Source: Mytilus trossulus (Eukaryota). Taken from it: a stretch of 64,000 bases of DNA. Positions 12,601 through 24,652 of this stretch are shown here, piece by piece (position 1 is the first letter of the stretch; every line of letters starts with the position of its first letter). Made by a program: the position numbers and the translations under genes. The DNA is taken from NCBI RefSeq assembly GCF_036588685.1, contig NC_086384.1, positions 42,036,001 through 42,100,000 of the forward strand. Direction: 5' to 3'. Under the pieces are notes generated by a model, which worked only from the letters and a program-made list of their open reading frames with translations, was not told the origin of the DNA and did not search any database.

Positions 12601-14231
12601 TGGTTGGTACAATTAAAACTTTAATAGGGATTAAGTCTCCTTCGGTAGACTTAATATTATTTGTTGTTTTGTCAAGATTTCTCACCTTTTTTGTAGTACT
12701 TCCAAATTTAGCTATACTTAATGTTTCAGAACCCTCTTTTTTAATGTCCAATTAAGCTGCTAGTTCTTCTGTTATAAATGAGCGCTGAGCTCCCTCGTCA
12801 AAGAGTATTCTTGCATCTATACATGTATTCTTGTGAACGACTGGACTGAATGCGATTTTCAGTAAAACAGTGGACCTTTCTTCGCTAGCGGTATACAACA
12901 TAGAAGTTTCTGTGTCTACTTTATTTTGCGATTGTTCAGTTTCAATATGATGTTTATTTGAGTACGAGTTCTGTTTACATAATGAAGAGTGATGCTTCCG
13001 GTGGCAACACTTACACGTATTCTTGGATTTGCAATTGGCTATTTTATGCTTACCTAAACAATTAAAGCATAACCTCTTTTCTTTTATAATGGCTACTCTT
13101 TTATCGTGATCTATAACATCTTTACACTCGTTTGGCCAGTGGTTTCCGTCACAATATGTGCATTGTTTCTTCCGATTCGAGTTAAATGATTTGTCTGTTG
13201 TGTTTATCGGACGGGTTTTATCTGTAGTTACGCGTTTAACACCTGTTATGAAATTTGCGCTAGGAGTTGCGGTTAAATACGTCTGTGTATCTCCGTATCC
13301 GGACTCTTGAATAGAAATCTCTTTACCTATCGCGTTTCGAAGGGATTGAATATTCCAACTGTCGCTCCCGTTTTCTCGTGTTATATTTTTTCGTACTTCA
13401 TGCGGTATCTTCCCGAGAATCACTGGTATCAATAGCGATCCGTACATTTTCTGACATTGTCCGAGAGACTCTAGACCCCGTATGTAAGCTTCTGATTTGT
13501 CATGAAATGTTCTCAAACTTTCTAATGTATCATGTGGTGCGGGTATATCAAGTAGTGCTCTCATGTATGCACTAATGATTTTATGTGGTTGGCCATAACG
13601 GTTTCTCAATAATTCAATTGCTTTGTGATAGTTTGGATTTGTCATGGTCAATCCTGAAATTACGTTTGCAGCTTCAAATTGGAGTAATGAGTTCAAGTAC
13701 GAAAATTTCTGAATGTCAGTTAATGTGTGATTGTGATGAATCGTGGTTTCGTATGAATCCCAGAAATATTGCCATTGTAGAATGTCTCCATTAAAATTGG
13801 AAAGATATAGCTTTGGTAGACGATGGTTATTACTTGAGGTCGAACTTGACTGAGATTATGGCTGACTTGTGTGAGTAAATGGGTTTGTGTACGGAACAAA
13901 CTCTGGTGCGTTTGAATCTAGTATCGAAGATGTTGCGTTTGTTACGGGCTTTGAGAACTTCTTAAATTTTCGAATTTTACCCTCTAAATCTAAATAATAC
14001 TCATCTGTTTCAAGAATTTCATTTGTAATATCTTCTGAATCTACTGCATTTAACATTTGTTTGTCTATTGAGGCTAACGTCTTCTTTTTTTTTCTCAATT
14101 GCTTCGAGCAATGTTGATACTTCCTCCGTGTCTATTTGTGAATCTCCGATGGCTTCCTCCAGTTTTTTAAAAACTTTTTTTACCACTGCTTTGTTCCCCG
14201 TTCGCAAGGATTTTAATCGGCTGATGTCCAT
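9628..14231 (-). pseudogene. Disrupted gag-pol polyprotein of the BEL/Pao element
   Basis: Consecutive ORF fragments 14019-14231, 13856-14098, 12752-13696, 12230-12751, 11840-12208, 11594-11821, 11059-11511, 10680-11042, 10163-10531 and 9628-10335, separated by frameshifts or stops. Confidence 0.93.
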
Positions 14232-14244
14232 TCTCTCCGTTTGA

Positions 14245-14257
14245 AGTCACGGCACCA
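14245..14257 (-). promoter_or_regulatory. Primer-binding site, tRNA-His type
   Basis: TGGTGCCGTGACT, 1 nt inside the 5' LTR boundary; complementary to the eukaryotic tRNA-His 3' end (...AGUCACGGCACCA). Confidence 0.8.
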
Positions 14258-14258
14258 A

Positions 14259-14434
14259 TGTAGATTATTGCGTTGTGTATTTGATTCTAAGTTATCTAAG
14301 GCGTTAAAGATATAACTACGTCTGCCATTTTACGTTTCTATTCAATACAACATAAAGTATAACAATTACGCGACGTCACAAAGATAGCGGCCGTACCGCA
14401 AAAAGGTACGTTAATATTAGCGCAATTCTTAACA
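14259..14434 (-). repeat. 5' LTR of BEL/Pao element
   Basis: 176-bp direct repeat of 9198-9373, followed on the - strand by the PBS. Confidence 0.95.
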
Positions 14435-16142
14435 GGGTGCTTACAAGACAACTCTCCATCTCAGTCACAATATGTTAAGTAAACCATGATAGATCAAAGT
14501 GTGGTCTTACCACGAAACCTTGGCTCACACCGAATAAGAAGCTATAAATGACCCCAAATATAATAGCAAGTGTAAAACCATTCAAACGAGAAAACCAACG
14601 TTATATTTCAATATAAACAACGAGAAACGAGAAACACTTATGAACCACGTACATCAACAAACGGCAACTACTGAACATCAGATTTCCGATTAAGGACAGG
14701 CGCATGTATTATTTCAATGACATATTGAAAGGACAGAGATGTGGTTTAAATTTAAACCAAGGATGCTATATATTCCTTTAGGAAAGGTGAATAGACAATT
14801 TTGTCTGTTCTGTTTCTTGATTTGGTAAAAATTTTATTAAGTGTCAATCCTTTGGTATCGTATAAAAGATAACTAGTTATGTGAAAAAATATTACAGAAA
14901 TCACAAAAAAAAACAGAATGCAAAAACTCACCAAAAACAAAATGCAAAAACAACTGCTAACACCAAAATACAAAACAGTAAGTAGAGACAAAAACGACAT
15001 GGTCCAGGTCTTATGCCCTTATATAGACACCAAAGGGTAAAGCTATGTTCACAACCCTCTGCCATTCTAGAGTACATGTGAATGTGTTATTTAAAGTATG
15101 TGGAAGAGGCCAGTTTGTTTCCTGGTTGCCTGAAAATCAGCAGAGAAATGTAATACTGAGTCTTGTAATAATGGAAAACATTAAATGATTTTTAGAGTGG
15201 TGTCTCAAACTCTAAGTTACATAACTCAATGTGTACTTACTGTTATCGAATTATGCATATTTTCACACATTTAGTGCTTTTTTATACATTTCTTTTATTT
15301 ACTTATGAGGTGAGGTAACACTTATCCATACTAGGTACTTAGATTACAGTCATCAGTCATCAGTATATAGCATAAAATTATATATAGTATGCGAATAATG
15401 ATTACTGATAATTATAATAATATGATATGGCTTCTTTCTAATACAAGTTATAATGGTATTAGAATTGTTTCCCTTTATCCATTGGTATTTCAGACTGGAG
15501 CATTTATTTTTGAATATATTAACGAGAATACTTCCACGTGATCTCTTCAATAACAAGACTTGTTTTTGTAGAATCTGTTGCTTTCAGATAGTTTGCTTTG
15601 ACGTCTTTTGGACTTTTTGATGATTCGCTGAAGTCATGGAGCCACAAACTTAAATCATTCTAAGCCGTACGCAAGTTGTTAAATTTACATGTCATGCAAT
15701 GCAACAACAGGATCAACATCTTCCTTGCTTTACTTTGTTGTTTGGGTATTTGAATATTATATGATATTGTAGTGCTTGCTAGTATCCTTAGTCAGTGTTA
15801 AGAGGGTCTCCTAACATATCAGCATGAACTAGGATGTTATTAAATAAAGTATTCTTGCTCATATTTTCATGTACTTTTTTATGACAATGTGTGATCTTTA
15901 GTGGGTTTAAAGTCGATAAAATGAAGATAACACTTTTACGTAACTCCAATACACGCGTTTTCACCACGAGTTTGACCTACCAAATTAGACTATTTACCGG
16001 GTTTTTAATAACATGTGCATCACGACGGGTGCCATATGTGGAGCAAGATTTCCTTAACCTTCCGGAGCAACTGTTACATGTCAGTTTTGGTGGGGTTCGT
16101 GTTGCTTAGTCTTTAGTTTTCGATGTTGTGTCTTTTGTGCTA

Positions 16143-16407
16143 GGGTCCTCGGTGGCCAAGTGGGATAAGTAGTTACTACTGTAATCACTAGACAATCAAC
16201 ACTGAGGTTGTGAGCTCGAACACCGCTCTAGCGGGTGCACTCAACTCCAACCGTAATTGACTAGGATTGTCAGTTTTCCTATTAAAATCGGTTGTTTTCT
16301 CCGTGCATTCCGGCTTCCTCCACCAATAAAAAGTGGACGAAACGAAATAGCCTAAATGCGGTGCTTAAAAGTGGGGTTAAAACACCACAAATCAAAATTA
16401 ATCTATA
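16143..16407 (+). mobile_element. tRNA-derived SINE with V-domain-like core
   Basis: A-box-like TGGCCAAGTGG, B-box-like GAGCTCGAAC, core gttttctccgtgcattccggcttcctccacc, tail gtggggttaaaacaccacaaatcaaa; 12-bp TSD tcttttgt(g/a)cta at 16131-16142 and 16408-16419; interrupts a Penelope-type 3' repeat. Confidence 0.8.
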
Positions 16408-16749
16408 TCTTTTGTACTATTGTTTGTCGGTTTGTCGTTTTATATCTTAGCAATGGCGTTGTCGGTTTATTTTTGATTCGAGTACTATTCCTATGGTATG
16501 TTTCGTCCCTCTTTTACAACAGTTCAACGATAAGTACTGCAAAGAGGTAAAACAAATGGTAGTTCCAATAAAAGTTCTATACTAAAACAATGATTATCAC
16601 AGTAAAAGTCAGTACAGCTTGAACGCGTGTATCCAACTAATTATTTGCATTGAAACTATATAATATGAACAATGAATAAATTATCAAAGAATTCCCATAA
16701 TGTCGTTTATAAGTTTAGTGTTAACGTTGTTGCAACATAGGAGTTGTCC

Positions 16750-17320
16750 AATAATCGTTTTATAATAACTATGGATTCTTTTAAGGACTATGCTAGAAGG
16801 AGGGTATAACGAGAAGAAGTGGAACTGGGCACTCTGTAAGATGGGCCAAAACAAGCTGTATCAAATACAACGGCACATTCTTTAGTTGGAAAAGTCGGTT
16901 TTCAGATACACAGAGGCTGTGAAATGTACATAAGCACATTGTATTTTGTTGGATAAAGTTTCAAATGATAGTGTCTTTGTATGTAAATCGTACTACTACG
17001 AGTGTTTTGTAAAATAATGAGAATAATTGAATACTCAGATAATCCAACGTACAAACTCATATCATTTGACAAGGATGAAAATTTAGCGAATCAATAGTCC
17101 TTCAAAAAGGTAAAAAAAAATTGACCCGCACATTAAACTGCAACTCGTAAGACATTATACCTTGTTTGTATTTGATACTTAAAACCTTCATAAAATTCCG
17201 TACAAATAACGGTACTTTGCCGGCTCATCTGCATGTTTGACTAAATAATTGTTCATTAGATTGACAACGATTTTGTCCGCACTCGATCTCAGGGGTACTC
17301 AATGGGTATAATGTTCTGAA
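16750..17320 (+). pseudogene. Degenerate Penelope-like (PLE) RT fragment, N-terminal part
   Basis: Broken translation MDSFKDYARR...DKVSNDSVFVCKSYYYECF...NPTYKL...LHKIPYK*RYFAGSSAC resembles PLE RT motifs (DKAxNN; PKLHKxPYKxRxIAGS). Confidence 0.7.
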
Positions 17321-18779
17321 GTATGGATACATGCAATGGTTGACATCTGTGTTTTTTTGTCGATTGTTCTATAAATAGTTGTATCATAAGCAATCATATG
17401 TAACTTTAAGTTTTGTTTATTAATTTGCGTCTCCCTCTGTCATTTTCTTTCCAGTTACTATTCAACTGTTTCATACAAGTATGAACTGTAGCGTTTGTTT
17501 ATAGTGAATAGAAAAGTTGAATAAATCTTCAAACTGAAAATAAAGGAAACATATTAAAACAGTTTAGTGTCATTTGACACTGCAGCTGATAATGAAAACT
17601 CAGATTGGATAACACAAATTTTATTGAAACAATGATATATATTTGATTTATAAAGAAACTAAAATAAAAACAACACAAAAAAAGCTTATGAAAAAAAGGT
17701 TAAGCATAACAACACACACGTCGCATGTTGAGAGTTGCCGAAATATTATCCATAATGAACATTATTCATCTTTTTTTGATAAAAAGAAAATATTTGTTTG
17801 GAAAGTTTGGCCATACCTCATATTAAACAGAATATCAAATCCTTATAGTTACGGCCATGTTGTTTAAAGAGCCTGTGCATTTATATCCGACCCTTTTAAA
17901 GTCTCAGCTAACACTTATTTTGTGAGATTATCAAATTAACACAGCTGAGCAATCTTCAAATAGTATTTTTATCGCTTGTCTACAACAAAATTATACACAA
18001 CAAAATTTATATCAATACACAAGTTCAGTTATGAGTACTCATGATACCTCATGTCTATACTAAAATTGAAAATGAACATGAGTAATTTGTCAAAAAGACA
18101 ACAAACCGGCCAAAGAGTAGAAAACAGACATAGCGAACAAATATCTTTCCCGAAGGCGGGCTAAAGCAAAAGTGTGTTCTAGTTCAGTGGTAATAGATGT
18201 GATACTCCAGAACATATAAATGAACTAAAATAAAAACAAAACAAACATATGAGACCTACAAAGGATATTGGCTACTAACTGGGGACAGGTGCAAACCGCG
18301 GTGGGTCTTTGACATGTTATGTGATATTTCTACCCTTCGCTAGACCTCTAAGTTAATGTAGAATACACATAAACACAGAAATACGCACAGTTACATTCAG
18401 TTTAAAAGAAGTCCGAGTCCGATATCATAATAGGTAACATAAGAAATTAAGCAAAGTGACAATGATTTACAAATATACAAACGACTAATAACAGTCCCTG
18501 ACAGGCCAGCGCAAGGCATCAATTACACTGTTTGAAAGTTTATGTCTCTATTATATGAAAATCAAGCATAAACCCTCCCTTTAGGGTTTAGAATCATACT
18601 TTCATAAAATATACTCATTACATTAATATTTTTGCAATGCATATTGCTATATTTTTTCTCAGACTGTCTATGATGTCTTTACACTAAAGTTGCTGGATGT
18701 ATACTGATTGATGTTTAAACTGATTTAACTACAATGCAGATTTGATTTGTCTTCAGGAAATCAAACAACTGACTGTGTA

Positions 18780-19490
18780 AAAGAGGGACGAAAGATACCA
18801 AAGGGACAGTCAAACTCATAAATCTAAAACAAACTGACAACGCCATGGCTAAAAATGAAAAAGACAAACAGAAAAACAATAGTTCACATGACACAACATA
18901 GAAAACTAAAGAATAAACAACACGAACCCCACCAAAAACTAGGGGTGATCTCAGGTGCTCCGGAAGGGTAAGCAGATCCTGCTCCACATGCGGCACCCGT
19001 CGTGTTGCTTATGTGATTACAAATCCGGTAAAAAGTCTAATTCGGTAGGTCAAATTCATGAAAGGGAAGGTTATTGTAGTTACGACGTAAGGAACATATC
19101 CGATATCATTTGTGAAATGGTTATTCCATAACGGTCAACCAACTCGTGATGGCGTCCGTAAAATTTACGAAGGGATGATTTTAACTTCACCATTTGGAAC
19201 TCTTGATTTAATAGCTTCCTTGTGAGCAGTAACCCTCTATCAAGAAAATCATGATAGGAAATGCAAGCACGGGAATATCGTATCAATTGAGAGATATATA
19301 CCCCGTATGCAGGTGCTGCTGGAATGTTGCTACTTAGAAATGGAAAGTTCACAATTGGAAAGCTGAAATCATCTCTTTTGTCGTAAAGTTTTGTCTTCAA
19401 CCGACCCTCATTGTCAATTTCTAGATGTAAGTCAAGATATGAAGCTGACTTAACTGTATCTGTAGTATCCTTTATCTCCAATTCGATGAA
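18780..19490 (-). mobile_element. 5'-truncated Penelope-like element (RT C-terminus + 3' region)
   Basis: ORF 19080-19505 ELEIKDTTD...SYLDLHL...TKLYDKRDDFSFPIVNFPFLSSNIPAAPAYGVYISQLIRYSRAC. The non-coding 3' part recurs near 15960-16520, 41185-41330, 61577-61786 and 62200-62310. Confidence 0.85.
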
Positions 19491-19759
19491 AACGTTGTCA
19501 ACCAACGGAATGAATGGATAACAACTGTCATATTCCTGGATACAAGCATTTTCTGGAGAGAGAAAAAGATTGGCTCAACGTGGATTTTTAGCCTTCTAAA
19601 TCTTAATGTGTTAATGTGACAATAATTGTACAAAAGAACATATAAAACAGTTTAAATTGCACCATGTATATGCTTTAGAGAGTAAATGACCTCATCACAG
19701 ATACGAGAGAGAACGAAAAACAAGATTGACTTCTTTGTTGTCTTGTTGAATGCTAATGT

Positions 19760-20836
19760 TTATATACATATATGCCAACGATTCAATGTTGCCAAAACTC
19801 TGTTTCTAAATTGTCCACTTAGCCAACTGAATAATAGAAAATTGATTGGTATACTTAGAACAAGTAAAACTCGAGTGATGGAAGACATGGCGTCTAGGAT
19901 ATTGTGTACAATTTCATAATTAGGAAGATCCGTGTACAGAAGAATGGTTGCAGGGATACCAGGTAAGAGGAATATGAGAGAAATTACAGTTGTAGCCATT
20001 GTTACTTTTGCAAGTCTTGTATCTGCAATTTCCCTTTCGGTACTCGCTCTTTGAAGACGTTTTCGAATCTCAACTTGACTTTTTACAAGATGCCGAATAC
20101 CTACAAACAAGCAAATCATCAATATACCAGGTAAAACCTGTTGTACTATATCATTGATGATCGTAATAATAAATTCGTGATCTCTATTGCGCATGTGTAT
20201 ATTTGTGAAAATATGTGGATTGCGACATATTTCTTTTACTTTCTTTGTTGTCTTGTCAACTGTCATAACCTTTTCAAATCTAACATGTAGAAAATAATAA
20301 GTAACAGATATGGTACACGAAACAAGCACTGACAGTGTTACATACAAAACACTTGCTTTTGTATTAACGATGACTTTAAATGTCAGAGGTTTATAAAACA
20401 TCATGAACACCATTAATGCTTGACCAACTTTAAGCCATTGTGAAATTGTTCGCATAGCATTTGGAACGAATACACCTACCGCCTCATACACGTAGCACAA
20501 CTCATACTTAATGTAATAATCCTTTGACGAATAAACGACTATGAGGGCTATATTCTGAACCACTAACCCTGCTATGTCGAGACTAGTGTAAGCTGTCATT
20601 AGCGCAAATTTTGTTAAGTAACTCCCAATCCAAATAAGTCTTATTGACAATACCAACCAAATCACGAGCAAAACTATGAAAATCGGTTGGCAGTAAAGAT
20701 AATATGCTATGGTTGTATTTGTGGCTGACCTCTTTGGAGAGTAAAAGGCGGCTTCTTGTATTTGTTGAATAGTTTTAACATCAGGAAGACTTTTAAGCAC
20801 TGATGATAACCATGCTGTTATGTTTGATGGTGGCAT
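19760..20836 (-). CDS. Orphan class A (rhodopsin-like) GPCR, FMRFamide/srw-like putative chemoreceptor, copy 1
   Basis: 358-aa intact ORF with seven hydrophobic segments, TM2 SLD, TM3-top Cys (YELCY), YKPL in ICL2, ECL2 Cys, TM5 LPG, TM6 LPG, TM7 PINFLLF followed by SGQFR helix 8; tttcAG acceptor 14 nt upstream of the ATG. Confidence 0.88.
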   Translation of the reverse strand: MPPSNITAWLSSVLKSLPDVKTIQQIQEAAFYSPKRSATNTTIAYYLYCQPIFIVLLVIWLVLSIRLIWIGSYLTKFALMTAYTSLDIAGLVVQNIALIVVYSSKDYYIKYELCYVYEAVGVFVPNAMRTISQWLKVGQALMVFMMFYKPLTFKVIVNTKASVLYVTLSVLVSCTISVTYYFLHVRFEKVMTVDKTTKKVKEICRNPHIFTNIHMRNRDHEFIITIINDIVQQVLPGILMICLFVGIRHLVKSQVEIRKRLQRASTEREIADTRLAKVTMATTVISLIFLLPGIPATILLYTDLPNYEIVHNILDAMSSITRVLLVLSIPINFLLFSWLSGQFRNRVLATLNRWHICI

Positions 20837-21084
20837 ATTGATGCAAATACCTGAAACAAAAACGAAACATATACGTGAATTAAAATCGCACTGACAGTGT
20901 ATGAATATCCTACTTTCAAAATATTTGTATATATTATATACTCACAACGTATGCTAAACACAGAACATTTGAACGACAGTGTTGAATATTTATGTGTTTT
21001 GAAATGTTTGACTGACACAAACCTTAATTCTATTTGATCGTTTTGCTTGATTATTATAAAAAAAGAAACATATACATGTTCTAA

Positions 21085-21357
21085 GGTGGTACCCAACACC
21101 TGAACTAAAAATAATTTGGCTCGTTTAATTTTCCTAAAATTTTAACAAAGTATTAACTTTGATCTTTTGACAAAAATATAAAAATTTCAAATAATTTGAA
21201 CCAACCGTTTAATCAGAAAAATAACACTGGTTATATAGCAGTTTGACAAAATCTTATTTTGATCATTGAGAAGCTTAATAATCCCTTAACAACATAACGT
21301 CATTAAAACGTTCTGCTGATTTTACAGATTTATCTCCCTGTAGTGTTAGGTACCACC
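21085..21357. mobile_element. TTAA-targeting MITE (Kolobok-like)
   Basis: TIRs GGTGGTACCCAACAC / GTGTTAGGTACCACC; flanks CTAA and TTAA. Confidence 0.8.
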
Positions 21358-23021
21358 TTAAGTAACAAAATTATTGAAAATGTCAATTATTCAAAACATG
21401 TTTTATGTATGAATGCTATTTTGTAACCAATTGAATAAGAAACAGTAGTAAATAGTTATCATTTTTTAAAAAGAAATTCGATCTAAACACCATCTAAAAA
21501 GTCAGAACAACGAAAAATCCAATCCTTTTTTTCCTGTCTTTCAGTGAATTTCATATAAATATTTATTAAAGGTATTGGGTAAATGACGTAGGAACGGTGA
21601 AGTGATTGTTTACTTCATGTATAAACACGTGTGTGTGTGTTTATAAAAAGCACATGGTATGCGTGTTTATGTTCAATTTGATTGGACGGCATATACCAGA
21701 AATGCCGGTTTTACGGGTATATGTACTCATTAGATTCGTGAAAAGCATGATTAAGTATTATTAAGGGGTAAGTTTGAGAAAGTGAAGTTATTCGAAGTTT
21801 GCCTATAGTTAAAACGTAGCAGCAACTCGTTATTATGTTTATATACCCACCACCCTTTTATGAGATGGTTATCGCTAATGTGGGTATATATATATTATAT
21901 ATAACATTCTAACATGACGTACTTCAAACGCTTCGAGTACACACCCGTGGTAAAATATGAATATATTTCCTTGGCTGTTCCGATTATACTTCCACGTCAT
22001 ATGTTTTTTTTATGAATGAGTTTTCCGACGTCATAGAACGTTGAAGTAAGAAGATAAGCTTTTTACGGGAAAATACACGCTTCTGAAACCGAAAATCATT
22101 ACAACAGATTTTACCACGGGTTGTCCCTTTATGGCGATATTTTACCCCTCGCTATCGCTCAGGGTAAACTATTTGTCATTAAGGGCCAACTCGTGGTAAA
22201 ATCACGATATATTTAAGTCCTTATGAATTATTTCTTAATTATATTAATATGAATTTTTCCTCTTTTGTAGATAGTTTTTGATTGTGTTACTGTATATTAC
22301 TGTGCTATTATAAGATTGGTTTGGATGTGTGCCTGAATTTATAGTGAAGGACTTTAGTTTGAGAATAATATTGAATGTAATTTTATATTAAAGGCTGCTA
22401 CACCTGTAGGCACACTTATTCTATTTATGTGTTGTTTTATTTATTAAATAATTTATATTCGTTTGAACTGGCAAATTAGAATATAATACAGTTAATTTAT
22501 AAATGTTTTTAAACTTTGCTTATGGTCAATTCATAACTGTTCATAAGTTTTTCAGACAAATTCAGTACAATGTTGATGAGTAGTGGTAAATAATACCAAA
22601 TGATTGGTATAAATATAGTTAGTCCAGCCCTGGCCTCAGTGACTTATTTTCAATCTTTTAATTTTGTTGTTGTCACTGAGTCCAGCTCGCCCTCCATTAC
22701 CTTCAATGGTGCAAGCTCCCGGGTAAATTACCCGGGACGATAGAGACAATGCCAGAGTTCTCAAGTACGAAAAATGTATCACAAATGGTAAAAATTGATA
22801 AAATAAGCAATTTGCATACACGAAATGCTTGTACACTAAATGGAAACTCATCTTAACAGAAGGATATCCATTGCAGTCGGAGCTGTGGAGATCTTATTTA
22901 CATCAGTAACGCTATATTATGGAACGTGACGTTTCTACGCTAAATACTGAGATGGTCTAATATCTAACATGTCGTTTGCAGTGTACTGTGTTTAACGCTG
23001 CAAACAAGTCTAAACATTTAA

Positions 23022-23862
23022 GGTGGTAACAAAAAATTTGAACCAATCACTTTCACAGAAAAAAATGGATGGATATATACATGTAGCAGTTTGACAAGGA
23101 CTAAATTTGATCATTGAGAAGTTTAATATTTCTTTAACATTACAATGTGATTAAAACGTTAAGGTGATTTAAAGCTCAATGATGTTCAACTTTGTACTTG
23201 TTTCGGCTTTCAAGCTTTTGTATCTGGGCGTCACTAGTAAGTCTTGTGTGGACAAAATGCACTGCTGGCGTATTAAAATTTTAAACTTGTTGACTTTTGA
23301 TAGCTATTATTCGTGTGTTTCTTTGTCAATTGTGTCCCCCTATTTCTGTATATTGTAGTCCTGTAATGTTGTGTTGTCATTTTAATGTTATATTTCACAT
23401 GGCCATGAAAGAGGCATGCCACAAAACGATGTTCAACCAACCATTTTTTCCTTTAAAAATGATCTGTACCAAGTCAGGAATAAAGCCATTGTTATATTAT
23501 AGTTTGTTTCTGTTTGTGTTACATTTTAACGTTATGTTTACATTTAGTCGTTTTTCACTTATTTTTGAGTGTGAGTTCACATTACTATAAAACGTGTCAC
23601 GGTACTTATCTATCCCAAATTCATGTATGTGGTTTCTATTTGTATTTCTCATAGGATTTTGTTTAATGCTAAGTCCGTTTCTGTGTGTGCTAAATTTAAA
23701 TGTTACGTCGTTGTTCTCTTCTTATATTTAATGCGTTTCCCTCAGTTTTAGTTTGTTACCCCGATTTTGTTTTTTGTCTATGGATTTAAGAGTTTTGAAC
23801 AGCGGTATACCACTGTTGCCTTTATTTATCAGAGTTATCTTCCTGTAGTGTTTGGTACCACC
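23022..23862. mobile_element. Second copy of the same MITE family, with nested repeat insertions (about 23173-23827)
   Basis: ttaa|GGTGGTAAC ... tttGGTACCACC; interior similar to 21085-21357, interrupted by a degenerate hammerhead repeat and another dispersed repeat. Confidence 0.7.
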
Positions 23863-24124
23863 CTAATGAAAGACTGAACATGACTTATTATTGTTTTGTA
23901 CAGTTAACTTAGATCTGTTCAGAGATAAATCATCGTTTCAGATCAAAATTGATTTACTAGCAGAAAGTAATATTACAAATTGTTACACATATAAAAAAAA
24001 AAACTAATCGAGAATCAACACATCAAAATTATTGTCTGTTCCAAGCCATTCTTTATAAGTTTCCGTGAAAAACTTGCTTCACAAATATTGTTTGAATTAA
24101 ATATCTCGGAAAATTCTCATTTAA

Positions 24125-24652
24125 AGTCATATGAAACGAATGACTTGTGAACAATAATGTTTATTCAATTCTTGAAACAATGCATGTAATTATCACAAAC
24201 TTAGTCTTCTGTGCACGATTTTGTCATTTTTTTCGCAAACATATCGTATAATCGTCATTTTTTTTTCTCTGTCTGTTAGTATGTGAAAAGATGGTGGCTA
24301 ATTATTTGTCGTGATTTGAAGCCGAAGTGACGCATTGATATTGAGCACGTGTATAACATCTACAATCAGATAACATTTTTTTTTAAATGAGAGATTCATG
24401 CGTATTGCGATCATTTGATTTTTACTAGACGGGTCACGCTAAGGTCATTCTGCATACGGAAAAGATGTCGGTGAATTGCTTCCTTGAAGCAAGCAATTAA
24501 AAAAGTAAACTATATCTAAATACACACAAATCAAAAAGTTTTCTTCAGAAAAAAAGTATATGTACATAGGTTTTATAATGAAAACTATCCATTTTGTTAG
24601 AAAATAAATAAACATACTTATCTTTTTATTTTTTTTAAGGTTTCATATGTCT
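24125..24652. mobile_element. TTAA-targeting MITE (Kolobok-like)
   Basis: ttaa|AGTCATATGAAAC ... GTTTCATATGTCT|ttaa. Confidence 0.8.

Larger units (their letters stand above)
9198..14434 (-). mobile_element. BEL/Pao LTR retrotransposon, defective (frameshifts, stops, RT deletion)
   Basis: Two 176-bp TG...CA LTRs; 5-bp TSD GGGTG (9193-9197, 14435-14439). Broken ORFs in the order gag (Cys-His knuckles CFNCLGKH..C, CKCCHRKHHSSLC), protease (LFDEGAQRSFI), RT end (YVDN), Pao RNaseH/peptidase A17 region (DASQLAYGA, WSDSQIVLSWI, NPADYLTRG), integrase (GVDFTG, SDNA, WxGFWERL), DUF5641-like tail. Confidence 0.97.

Noticed and set aside
9686-13794. Plus-strand ORFs over the BEL element
   Set aside because: Antisense shadows of gag-pol.
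16143-16235. tRNA-like sequence
   Set aside because: No proper cloverleaf; it is the head of a SINE with body, tail and TSD.
18715-18996. 93-aa ORF repeated at 61572-61784
   Set aside because: Incidental frame in the non-coding 3' tail of the PLE repeat.
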